Shown here: piece after piece, positions 45,520-58,522 of the stretch
Numbering within the stretch: the first letter of the stretch is position 1
How the letters are laid out: each line of letters starts with the position of its first letter
Assembly: GCA_051362555.1 (NCBI GenBank)
Contig: CM120645.1
Location: 3,100,001-3,164,000, forward strand
Direction: 5' to 3'
DNA length: 64,000 bases
From: Lingula anatina
Taxonomy: Eukaryota; Animalia; Brachiopoda
Program-made: the position numbers and the translations under genes
The notes under the pieces: model-generated
Told to the model about the DNA's origin: nothing
The model's database searches: none
Seen by the model: only the letters and a program-made list of their open reading frames with translations

Positions 45520-48500
45520 ATATGACCATACATGTCTGGTTGAACAGCCAATGTACCCTGGTGCCTTATGTGCCCCCATGTTCTGATAACATGGCATAAT
45601 CTGGATTAACAGGATTAATTTAAGGGCAGGAAAGATGGCTAGGAAGAGCAACTGAACAGGATGTCTTTGCCTCTGGTATTTTTAGAAAGGATTACAAGAG
45701 TTTTGTGATAGATGAAGGAGTTATATCACTGATAGATAGCCAGTGGCCAATTTTAATTATTTTATGGTAATTATTCATGAAATCTGAACAAAATGAGCAA
45801 ATAATTTCCTTGAATGATAATGTTTTGTAAAAATATTGATTTAGAAGTCTTGGAAAGTGTTGGGAAATATATTTCCATATAATACCTTAGGTATGATTAA
45901 TCTCTAAAACGTAGAATGTTAGACTAGAAATTTGACCCGTTCATAATTTCAATATATATCTCAGGAGGGGTTCTTAGTAGTCACAGCTATTCAGAGTGCA
46001 AAGAATGTAATCTAAGAAGGGCGTGTTGCTTTTTCCCCTTAAGATGATTTTTGGAAGACCCCCGAAAAAGCATGGTACATAAAAATAATACATAAAAAAT
46101 GCTTCTCTGCAGGAATTTGGAGCAGTGTCCCAGGAGGTGGGCAGAAGCTTTTGTTCAACACAAAAAGGGAAGGTTTTTCTTTTTTCAAAGTCTTGTTTGA
46201 AATAAGAGCTCTTTGGATATCTTTTATGATTTAATACATAACCATCTAATCCTAGACAGTGACAATGTGGGGTTGTCATGTTCGCCTTGTGAGTTCCATT
46301 CTTATATCTGACTAACATCTAAGACACTTGAATTGCCTCGTTGAACAGAATCTGGAGACATAAAAATGGGATAAAAGACACCCACTTTTGGTTGATATTT
46401 AGGTCCAGTTTCTAATGCCAGTGTAAGGTATTCCACTCAGTATTTTTACTAAATTGTCTACATATAACCTTGTACAGTAATTACTATAGATTTTCAAATG
46501 CATCAAATTTGGCAAAATGTATTCTCGTTTAAGATTTATTGTTTTTGATTACTGAGAAAACTACTTTCTGACCTGAGTCACCTAACATTTCAAAATATTT
46601 GGACTAACATATCAACATGTTTCTAATAAATTTTTTAATGTGAGAGAGGGTACATGAATTCAGTTTGTTCGAATTCACTGAATAATTACCATGCACTTTT
46701 TTCCAAAATGTCTTTTTTTGGTTGCTAAGAGTAAGAATACTTTGCTACTTAATTTATGTCTCTCCACTACATGCTGCGTGTGAGGTGGGCTATTTCGATA
46801 AAAGAACTACGTCAGCTTGAAAAGGGGCCCTTGTAGCTTGACAAATAGAGATACTGGTGGAGCTAAAACATTAATGCAGGGACACACACCACTTCCATTA
46901 GTTCTTGACGGTTCCGTGTTTGAAGGAGTGAGTTTGCTTCACTTTTATTGAAATTTGTCAAAAGGGGAAGTTTGGATTGTCCCTGGGGATGGAAGCCATG
47001 GCTTGCTTGAATATTTTGAATCTGATTGATCATTTTTCATTGCAGTTTGTTTAAAATAAATGGTTGGGTGCGATAAAGGGAGATGGATTAAAAGAAATGA
47101 GAATGTCACGATTAATGTGGAAATTATTTGATCTGTTGGATCAACCTTGAAACTATCATTGTACGTTTAGACTGTATAAATCAAATAGCTGGTATATTTA
47201 TTGAAGAAAAAAACAGGTTAACTGATATTTCGAGATGAAGCTAATTTTTACCCTATAAATTTTTTATTATTCTAAGATGCCTTTTGATTGTTGTTAAGTT
47301 TTGAATTATGTTCATTAGCACTAATATTGCTAAGGGTGCAGGGCACACACACAAGGATGAAATTTGTATCACTTGATTGCTAAATATAAAACAACAGGAG
47401 AGGATAGATTTACTATAATAGTAAGATCACATGAAATTTTATCACTATTATTATTATTTGGAGTGGGGGGCAGTGAAGAAGGTGAAATTGGGGTGGGGGG
47501 AGGGGAGGGGACAGGAATTCACAGTAAGGCACAAGACCACTATGCCCCCCCCCCATCCCCCCTTGTACATTGATCAGCAATTAACACTTGCAGTGTACTT
47601 AATGAACTCCTGGAAATGTCACGAATGACACAAGGTTTGAAATAACCTTGAAACAGTTTTGTTTTGTGTCTATGGCAGAGACATGCAGACACACAAACGT
47701 CATATACATATTCACAGACAGGGACATAATGGGTCCAAGGATATACTGCTTGAACTTTTTGACTATTGAATGACAGGCAGTGTACTGAACCTAATAACAC
47801 CAGATGAGAAGGCAGTGAAAAAAATGACACTTGATAGCACTAGATGAGAAGTTGGTGCCATTTAAATTTGTGTTTTGGAGAAAAAATAGTGGGTTTGTAA
47901 GATATTTGCAAAGTAAATAATTCGGGTTGGGGTTCAATCTCTTTTTGGCTGTTTTCTTCCTTTTTATGTGAGTGAAAGATAGGTGAATTGCTGGGGTTTG
48001 TTTAATCAGAATTTAGTGAAATTAAGAGATGGTTTCCTTTCCAAATTAAAAAAAAATGTTTATCTTCTCTTGACGATAATTGTAATGTAATCAGTATTTT
48101 GTTTTATCAGAATGAACAGACTAACTGATATGGTTTGAGTGTCAATTGCTGGTGGAAGTTGAACAATTTTATGGGATGTTAAGAATAAACTCTAAAATGT
48201 CAATGTTAGACTTTTTTGTTTCTTTGCTGATTAAACAAACTGTGTCCGTTTGTTTAGTTTCTCAGTTTCCCCCTGCACTCTACAGTGTAGCTTTAATATG
48301 TGAACAGCACGGCGCCATGTGCATGTAGTTATAATTGGATCTCTTAAGGTTAAAAAAGGCAGGTAAAACCCAAATAGCTTGGTAACTTTGCCAAGCCTGT
48401 GTAACAGGTGGAGAACATAATAGCAGACAAGCTGTTCCCCCGTTCTCTTTGATTGAGACCTTCAGTTTTATTGCACCGCGGGGCTGAGGTCAGGAAGAGG

Positions 48501-50216
48501 ACATCTTTAAGCGTCAGCTAGCATGCAATAATGACACGCACTTTTCGCATGAGGATAATTACCTTACGCCATGTCGCACAAAATGACAGCATGTATAGAC
48601 ATTCAGCTACTCCCAGTCTGTGAAATTAAGAGCCAGTGGGCTGTGCCATATAATGTTCTGTAACTTGTAAGATTTTGAATGGATGGAGGAAGCAGAGTCG
48701 GTATTGAAATTGGTTTACATAGTTGAGCAGCAAGCATGTAATTTGCAGAAGGTTACGCCCTGCACCTAAAGCAGGAAAAAAGTCAGCATCTAGTATGAAA
48801 AAGTCAGCATCTAGTGATGTTATAAAGAGAGTGTGCACTTTTTTTTTAGTTAACAATGACAAATTTTGTGTGTCATATCTGACCCAAACTGACTGAGACT
48901 TTCCCTAGTAGAAAGAAGCAGAGGTCATATATTTTAGGTTTGGTTAAGCATAAGTCAACAGTTGTTCTGAAATTAAAAATTTCATACGAGAACATGTGCT
49001 CTATCTCGCCAAGGCAGCTGTCGCAGACAGTTTTGTTTGATAATCATTCAATATGTTGACACTTGTAACCTTGTATGTCTGTTAGGAGAGTGTCAGAGTA
49101 CTTGACTTCATTATTTCATTCACAAGTGGCTTCTCTCTTTTTCACCTTTCCCTCTGTTTACAATGGCAACTCTTCACATTTCTCTTAATGAATTACTACA
49201 CTGAAAATACCTCAGAGGTGCAATAGCTTATAACATTTACACTATTGACAAGGCCATTTTGTATATGATTTTTGATTTTTTGATTCCATGGCCAGTTTAT
49301 GAAGTCAAGAGGCCAGGGATGATGGATGATGAATTTTTTGCTAGAAAAAATTGTTTATTTTGTGTATGGTTTAGTTTAGTCTGCATACAGTTTAGGGTCT
49401 GTGTTTGCTTTCATATCTCTGCTTCATTGGGTAGATTGTATTTTTAGCAATGCTCCGAGTATACAAACTGCCTGGAAGAAAGAACTAGCTTCCTGACGCT
49501 TTAGGGCCTATTGCTTCCATAATCCTTTCTTTTTTCCTCCATCTTTTGTGAAATTTGAGCTCTGCAGACTGCATTGCCACCTTGCTATCAATGGAAACTG
49601 TTGTGAAATTTTCTACGGTTATGACAAATACAAATAGTTTCTACTTTATAGAATGAAAACGCCAGATATATGTGTATATATATATATGTCTACTTGAACG
49701 GACTGTGACACTTATCTAACTGTACTTAATGACCTTCATCATTGAGCTTTCTGACTCCATTTTTTCTTAAATTTACCTCCATTTTTTTTTAAATTTACCT
49801 CCCATTTGCATGCCAAGTACACATGGAAAAAATTCTTTTTCTCCTTTTTAAGTGAAAAAAAGTATACCTTTTTATAAAGACAGTACACAGGATAATATAA
49901 TTCTCTTTAAGTTTCTTTCATCCCTCTAATTTGTAAATTAATGATAATTGCCTGAACATCGTTCACATCAGAGATGTAGTTTACCAATGCAATATTGAGT
50001 TAAAATGAACAATTTAAACATACAAACAAACAAACAGTTTCATATAGCCTCAGGTCAGCAGTTAATTTTTGCATGTTTACATAGATTTTTGTTTTGTTCT
50101 CCAAATCTGATAATATTAACTTGTTATGAATTAGACAGTTGCCTATTTTTTTCTATGGTAATGTCTAAATTATAGATATTGAGGTTTAAAAATATCCTTT
50201 CCGTTTATTCTTTCAG

Positions 50217-50415
50217 ACTGGCAGCATTTTTCATAACGGAGAACATTATTTCATAGAGCCGCACAACCTCAGTCGCAGCGGTCGAGACGAGGGAAGGGCA
50301 GAGGCAGAGGAGTGGCAGAAAAAACATATCATATATAAATCCTCCTCCCCGCTTCTCGACATTCTTCCATCACATCCCAAACAGGATCAGCATTTAGAGC
50401 ATTGTGCAACAGAAG
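50217..50415 (+). CDS. ADAMTS9: ADAMTS exon 2 (pro-domain continuation; not in the ORF track)
   Basis: Strong acceptor ttctttcag|ACT at phase 0, matching exon 1. Encodes TGSIFHNGEHYFIEPHNLSRSGRDEGRAEAEEWQKKHIIYKSSSPLLDILPSHPKQDQHLEHCATE, with the typical YFIEP, HIIY and Cys motifs. Donor G|GTATGG. Intron 1 is 26322-50216. Confidence 0.9.
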
Positions 50416-50819
50416 GTATGGAAGATCTGTTTTGTATTTTAGTCCTTATTGTATGTGTAAAATATATACTTAGTGTCATTAAAACACGCAGGTCAGAAAA
50501 TCAAACTTTTGTCATCAGATATTTCTTTATTATACTTAATGTAAAATTTATCTACCCCATGGCTCATGGTTGTTGTTTATACCAAAGTGTTTTTAATGAT
50601 GCTAAGTGTATCATAGTTCTTTATGTTTCAAAAAGTGATTTTGTTTGTTTTTTTTAATATATACTTAGATTTTATTGCAGGTGAGTGCAGTGAAATGTTT
50701 TTATTTTATCTCCTGGGACAATGGTCTGCACATTTGTCAGATTTGCTGTTTTGCATGTGCAGGCAGTTTCAATGGCTGTAACAGAGAAGCATTTTTTCAA
50801 TACATCCCCTGTCTTGAAG

Positions 50820-50995
50820 CAGGGGCGGATCCAGAGATAATTTCTGACAGTCTTCCAAATTATCTTTGTTGATCCATTCTCCATTTTTGACCGTCTTCCA
50901 ACAGGAAAATTAAAAAATTAGTTACCCATCCATATAAACTTAAAAAATCTGACTGTCTTCTGGAAGACCTAGAAGATGGTCTCAATCCGCCCCTG
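50820..50995. mobile_element. MITE with CAGGGGCGGAT TIRs and 5-bp target-site duplication
   Basis: CAGGGGCGGAT ... ATCCGCCCCTG flanked by TGAAG on both sides (50815-50819, 50996-51000). Confidence 0.85.
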
Positions 50996-53060
50996 TGAAG
51001 TATCATTTTACAGATTTTATTAAATGTTGATACATAGACTGCTTCAAAATAAATTTGCTCCATGTTTGGATCACTGGCAGAAAAGATATGAGGGTTCCCT
51101 TTAAGATTAGAAGTAACGATAACCTGCAGTTACCAAGGCCCTTGGACCCCCTGCTTTATGTAATTATATGATGTCTGTATTGATATATGTAATCACATTT
51201 GACAGTTTGAGTGTGATGAACTCACCTAAATGATATCAAACCCTGATACTTCTACTATTTACTCTATTATTAATTCTATTTTGGAGAGGGTCCATGACTG
51301 TTTATAACTCCATTAAAGTTTCTCAAAGTTTGTGTCAAACCATGATATTTATATTTATCAGTTGCTAATATGCAGAAATAGTCAAAAGGATTAAACTGTA
51401 TTTTCAAATGTGCCTACAGATTCAAAACAGTAAATCTCTCTCTCTCTCTCTCTCACCTATATTGTCTTATCTAAGGAATGCATTTAAATGATACGTATAT
51501 CACAAGTGAAAGATAACCCAACAGCATAAAGATGCAAACTTGGAGTGGTATGAAACCAATACACATATAACCTGACTATCTACATTGATTAGAAATAGTT
51601 AATTTATCATCTGAGGCACCGCAGAACACCTCTGTGGACCCCCTCAGCCCTTGCACACAGACCTGTGCACGAGACATGGAAATCTGTTTCTGCTTTTTTT
51701 TCCCTCAGAAATGCATGCAGTGCGCCAGGTGGGGAAAGTGAGGGGGGGGGGGCACGGCTGAGACTGGTTGTGTAAAAATAAAACATGGTCAGGGTTGTGC
51801 CCAGAGACCACTGCTGTTGAGAGAGAGAGAGAGAGTAGGAGGGAGAGAGAGGGAGACTGCTCCTGGCGTCTCAATGGGCAAATTAGGTTATTACAGAGCC
51901 ACAGCAAACCTGTGTACTTGACAGAGGTCTGGCAGAGGTCATGACCTTTATAATCCCACCCAGGTCCGCCCCAGTCCTGTATCCCCAACTCTTCACATAA
52001 ATCTTCTAATTAACTTTATGAAGACTGCTGTAGATCTGGCTTCTGTATGGAGGTTTGCACTGAATCCACCCTCATCTCTCCTCCTTTCATTTATTGTTCT
52101 TCTCATTTACTTGACAAGCTCTCTTCTTGGAGTGTTTACACTGGGACATCTGGGAGCTGTTCTGGCACGAACCTGGGTTGAACTAGTTTGGTCAAGGCAT
52201 GAGATAGTAAAATTGATTGAAGAAGATTTTGTCATAAGATGGTTTAAATCAGTTGTCTTAATCATATCAAAATCTAAATTAGTAGTTTGTTGGTTGATTT
52301 AGAAAATATTGCGAATCAAGTTAGCCACGTGAAAGAACTAAATTTTGCCAAGTGTAAAAGGCAACTTTACTGTGAACCACAGGAGTTGAACTCAGTAGGC
52401 CCCTTTTTCCCCTCCAGACTAATTGGCTTCAAGTCTTGGAGTCCTGGCTCTTGGGCAATTATTTTGTACATGTATCACTATTAAAAGAACAGGAATTCTC
52501 TGGGATTTATAGGTAAAAAAACTTGCAAAGACATTTTACGTTGATTAAATATTGTGATCTGTTCTATAAGTTTGGAGTTCTTGTACATTTCCCATGATGA
52601 CCAACCTCAAGCTCTTGGACTATTTATTGTACATAATTGGTCCTCCAGCTAATTGACTAAAGCCATGTTCAGACTAGACCACTTTTTAACGAAAAAAGTG
52701 GACAGAGGTCAAGGGACCTGTTTCACAAAAGAGAAACATAGAGTCCAAATTCTTTTTTGCCGAAATCCTATTTTAAGGACAACATACAGCAGATTACTTG
52801 GAAAAAAAAAATTAACGATGAGGTCACTAACCTCAGAATGAATCAAACCCTGAACATTTTGCAGTGCACTGTGGCCAAGTAATCCCCATTTTTTTCCATG
52901 TTACATCACTCAGAAGACCAGGGGCTCACATGTGGTGCAGGAAGTCTTTGTTTTGAGTAAGATGCCTTGGAAGTTTTTTTAAGGAGAGCTGTGCCTATTC
53001 TATACCTAATACCCTCTGTGCACTATTACACTGTCCCCAGAGTGTCAGGCAAGGAATTAT

Positions 53061-53061
<1 letters not shown>

Positions 53062-53097
<36 letters not shown>
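53062..53097. repeat. (GT)n microsatellite
   Basis: Direct reading. Confidence 0.95.
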
Positions 53098-53103
<6 letters not shown>

Positions 53104-53905
53104 AGGTGCATGTATATATACGTGTGGGGGGGGGGGGGACAAGTGCTTAAAGCATCTTCAGATAAAAGTGTGCTTTTTAAGGTGGATTCCTCTCTGAAAA
53201 TTTTACTCAGACTATGTTCAATACAGATGTTAAAACCAGCCTTTGCTATCTGGGACAGAACAACACGGTCGTGTGAAAACCTGTTTGAACATGAGCATCA
53301 TGCTGTGCCTTTCGTTTCTGCACACTCACACACTGACTGTGTTAGAATATCTGATTATGGCACACATATCAAGTGCCTTTCGCCTTTGTGTTTTTTTTTT
53401 CTTCTCTTTTTAATTGTCATCCTGTGTTTATAGCTTGCATAACAACTCTTGTTGTATTCCGCATATTTTAATAATGGTGTGTATCGCAAGGTTGCATTAT
53501 AAGAGAAGAAAGCAGGTGCTTTCTACGTGTTTATTCTTCATTTTTTTCCTGGGTTCTGCTCAAATTGACTTAGTTTCACCAATTTCCATCAACTCACCCG
53601 TGAGTCATCAATGTGTAGTCAGTTTTTTTAAATACATTAGTTGTGGCAAAAGCTTTGTGCAAATTTCAAATATTATGTCTCGAATGTCTGACCCCATGTT
53701 CAACCAATCCTGATGCGATCACCCTATTTATTCCATTTGTAATTTGAGGAGATTTATTTATAATGAAAAGTTTTGCCCTGGCTCAGGGGACCATTTAATT
53801 GCATGTATCTCCACATAAAAGATGTTAAGTGCTATTGAAATTCGACAAGAATTAATGGAAAGGGTTTGGATCTAACTGTTAAATATGTAAGTATTCTAAT
53901 TTGCA

Positions 53906-53924
53906 CTCTCTCTCTCTCTCTCTC

Positions 53925-53979
<55 letters not shown>
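53906..53979. repeat. (CT)n microsatellite
   Basis: Direct reading. Confidence 0.95.
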
Positions 53980-53985
<6 letters not shown>

Positions 53986-56900
53986 GTGTGGGGAGGCATG
54001 GAGGGGGAGGATTTAATTCTGTTCAAAAGCCATATCTCCTGCTCTATCATTTAAAGGGAAATTTTGATTTTGAAATAAATAGTTTGCATGGCAGAGTTTG
54101 AACGCAAGATGATCTTGTCGTGCTCTTGTCTTGGTACCGTATCGACATGGCACATAGGCAGTTCATGATGTATTCAAAAGGACACAGCTCCCGTCATTTG
54201 AGAGGTATAGAGACACCTATGTCTTCCTGTGATGCCTTTAACATTAATTCACTGATATGTAATTGAACCTTTTATCAAGTGGGGGTCGTCTTACTGCAGC
54301 TTTCTTGACTTTCAATAAGGCCCCTGGGGACAAAAAGCCCTGGGGCTTTTCTGAGGGGAACTTGCCTCTGAAAAGAATAAAAGCGGGAACAACTGCCTGA
54401 AGCACCAACTATAATTTTCTCTTACGAAATTGAAATGAGTTTTCATCATAAACATTGATTTGTGTTTGTTTTTCAAATACCCTGCAGAAGACATTTTATC
54501 GTGTAAAATTGAAAATCATTTTCAGTACAAATATTTATTCATGTTTGGTTTTTGATTGCACTACTGTTTTGGGCTTTACATTGCCTCTAATTGTAAATGT
54601 TACTTAATTGTAGTTGTCCTATTGCTACAAAGCATCAATTTATTTCTATAAAACACTTAGGGTAGCATTACAATGAGCGATGTTTACAAATAATGATGCA
54701 TACATGGTGTTTCTATTGTAGAAACATTTCTTTGTGAATCAGCAATATTTCCTTAAAACATTTATATCCTTAGATTGCTCTGAGCTTCAATTCTGAAATG
54801 ACCTGTTCTGCACACGCTTTATTGGAGCCTAAATAAGGTTCTGAAAGTGGAACTCTCACTTACCCTGAATTTCAGTGTTTCATTTTAGCCGTGCCATGTT
54901 TTACTGTCGTTTCACAAAACAATGTGACAAGATAAGCCACATTTAGCTGTGTATCTTGTCAAAAGTTTTGTGTAGTGTTACATAATGTGTGAACAACATC
55001 AAAAAGTTGATTGTAATCAACATTCACTATCTACTCCATCATTTTTAGAGAGCTTCTGCTCTCTTCTGTTTTACATCATTCATTCTGTTATGTGATACTT
55101 TTAACCTTGGCTGTTGAAGTTAATTGCAATAAAATAATGTACTAATTGCATAATCAGATGCTATGAACCAAGGGTTGATCAATTTAACAAACAAATCAAA
55201 GTTTTAAACAAATGATTCTTTCAACTGACTCAAGTTTTCCTCATAAAACATAGGGTGCCTTACAAAACCTAATATGACCAACGAAAGGGGGTTTCTCAGA
55301 AAAATGAAATAAATGGATGTCAGGTGGTGAAAAGGGCAGGTGCTCAGAGGTGGGTGATTTATTTGCTGACCAGCTGGGCCACTGTGTGAGCTACTGGTGC
55401 TGACCAGTGATATATGGAGCCTTTTCCATGTCAGCAGGGTGTAATGGGGTGAAGGAATAGTGATCTATTGCTACCGCAGCATTAACAGTAACAACTGTTA
55501 ACTTTAACAGGGCTATGCAAGCTAATGAAAACTTTTACAGAAAATACAATGTACCAGGATGTAAAGTGATGAATGGATTGTTGTATATTGTAGTTTTGAC
55601 AATAGCAACTGTTACCTTAGTGGTATGCTAGCACATGGAAGATTTCTCTCGTGCTACATATTACTGTACCTTACAAAGTGAAGAATTTTGTAGTTGTCAT
55701 TTTGATGACCATTAATCTATAACTAGCATGACTAGCATCACTTTTCTTATGTCAACAACCTCAGTTACATAACAGTACTGTCATTGTACACAGGCTTTCT
55801 GAAGAAAATCAGGCCCCACTTTTAACCTGTGGTGACTTGAATTGCAAACAAAAACCACAGTATCCGACACTAATAGATAACCCCCACTTGGTGATTGGGC
55901 CAAGAATTAAGTCAACCACCAGATAACAACAGTGTATCTATCCACAATACAATTCACTGACCACAGCTAGACCACCGCCTGACTACTTTTTGACTGCTGG
56001 CAGTATCGCTGACCACTTAAGAACAACCCTCTGGACATCTTACTAAAAGAGATGACATGGCACCCTTTACCTTTGATATCAAATGATAAAAGTGGGTCTT
56101 CTTTCAGGAAATGCCTTGTTAATTTCCCATTAAGGAATGTTTGAGCTCTGTTGCCAGTAGTATTAGTAATATAGACAAATGGATAGCAGAAGAAGCAGTT
56201 TGTTGTCAAAAACAATTATGTTATTATGCTGTAATTGTCTTCTTGGAGAATTTACATCAGGAAAAGGGCAGACCATGTTCTTTTTTCCTCAAATTCCAAT
56301 TTTATTTTTATTGTTGCAACTTGCACACTCTAAGTTAGCAAATCATGATGTAATGAATATATGCTTGAAAATGGGAAGTGTTTATAGGAAGGACATGAAA
56401 TATTTTAACCTGTTTTTTTTTCAACTTACACTCAAAAAGGCTTCACCTCACTAAAAATAATATCTCCTAAACATAAGCTTCCTGATAAATCAGTCCTAAA
56501 TTACACATTTCCTCGGTTGTCTTTAAAGTTACTATAAGGCTAACATTTTTTTTTTCTCTTTCCTTTTTTTCTGCATCCTATCATTGGAGAGCTCAGCTGG
56601 TAGTTCTTTGAGCATGTCTGACATGGATCTTGTTTTTATAGACACCCTTGAGGCGCTAATGCGTTATTGGCCCAGCCGCAGGTTAGCCACAAGGCAACCT
56701 CAGGAGTGTGTTTAAGGACTGTAATCATATCAACTGTGACTCACTTCCAAACCCAATAATACAATAAAGCCCCTGATACTGCTTTGATTTTAAAAGAAAT
56801 GAAATTAGTCTCCAAGTCAAAAGGGAGATGTTAACTTTTCGCTTTGATTTGATGATTGGCGGTGACTAATGCAAATGGCAGCTTACTCGCTGGACAGTCG

Positions 56901-58464
56901 TGAAAAGAATTAAGAAAAGTTCAGGAAAAGTTGAATTTGCACCTCAAAGTTAAGAGAGGCTTTAAAGTTCAGATTAAACGTCTCTTTGAAATTCAGTAGT
57001 TGATGGCAATTGAGAATTTTTTATGGGTCTTCAAAAGGCAATAAAGTTGGTTTGCACAGGTACATATTGTTGGGCCTTTTTGCACAATCCAAATAGACCA
57101 CATTTTGAGTTCATCAACTATGAACATTTTGAACCTCTTTTTTTGTATGCCACCAACATTTCTGATTTTGAGAAGAAATACTACCTTTGTAACAGAGAAT
57201 CTGGAAAATTTGGTCAAATGTTAAGCAAGCTGCTTTGCAATGCCTCAAACTTTTGAGAAGGGTTGAATTTCTTTAACTCAGCAACTAATGAGCATAATGA
57301 GTGTTGGAAAAGTGTTGGGAATTTCCCTTGAAATTCAATATTAGATGCTTTGAATTACAGAAGATGTTGCTGTTTTTAAAACACCTTCTGTATTGCCCAC
57401 CCCAGTAATGTTTAGCAGGGATGGGTTCCTGGCCGAATGGGGTTTAACCTGATTGGATCAGTTTTGTTAAATACTCTTATACTATGCCAGAGTTTTTACA
57501 AGTCAGTTGCACATGGGATGTTGCATTGATTACATTATATCACAGTATATAGTATATTGTCAATCAATCAATCATTCAGTTTGTTGTCAAAAACAATTAT
57601 ATTGTTGTGTTATGTTCTTGTTTTTTTATTCTCCAACAGTACATGTAATGTTTTTTTATGTGTAATGAAATGGTGATTGCATTTCATCATAAGGAGTCCT
57701 AAATGTGTGGTGAAGCAATCAACCCCAATTCCCAACTGGAACAACATTCCAGAACTTCATTTGTAGCCTTCAGGAACTCACATAGAAACAGTGTGAGAAT
57801 GTAATGTATGTAATACCAGGTATATTACTGCTGGCTACTATGAATTCCCTCTCACTGTTGGTTTAGATAGTGTCTACGTAATGCCCAATACTGTATGACA
57901 TTGATATTACTGGTTACCCTGTGGTGTATATCATCACATTTACCTACGCCTATGGAAATAAACACAGGTGTATCAAAACAGATGTTTGGGATTTGTATTT
58001 CCCACATCCCTTGGGATATGTTTCGTTCGAGCATATTTCTGGAGAATTTTTAGATTGATATCATATTTCTTCACTAACTTTGTAGTAGAATTGGCAACCT
58101 TTGCCATTGTATAAATTGTAGCGGGAAATGGGAAATAGTTCTATTTTGGCTAAATATAATGTTAAGCACTATTATCATCATTATTATTATTATTTAATTG
58201 TTCACAGTTTTGTTTAACATTTTGATCATCTTGTAATTACCCAATAAAAAGTGTATGGATACCTACAGGCATTTTCTTGCTGCAATTTTCATGGCACTTT
58301 TTAAATCCATCGTGAATGATCTCAATCAAGTGGTAGCATTGGACATTCCCTTGTAGTTGGTACAATAAACAAACTTCCTACTTAAATATTTTTTACCTGT
58401 CCACAAAGCTCTTACATTATCCTAGTGGGTTGGGTTGTCATCAGTAAGGCTGTCTGACAAACTG

Positions 58465-58522
58465 CACACACACACACACACACACATACACACACACACA
58501 TACACACACACACACACACACA
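58465..58522. repeat. (CA)n microsatellite
   Basis: Direct reading. Confidence 0.95.

Noticed and set aside
47282-47303. TTTTGATTGTTG resembling the 5' end of miR-315
   Set aside because: Only 12 nt match, the 3' half differs, and I see no hairpin.
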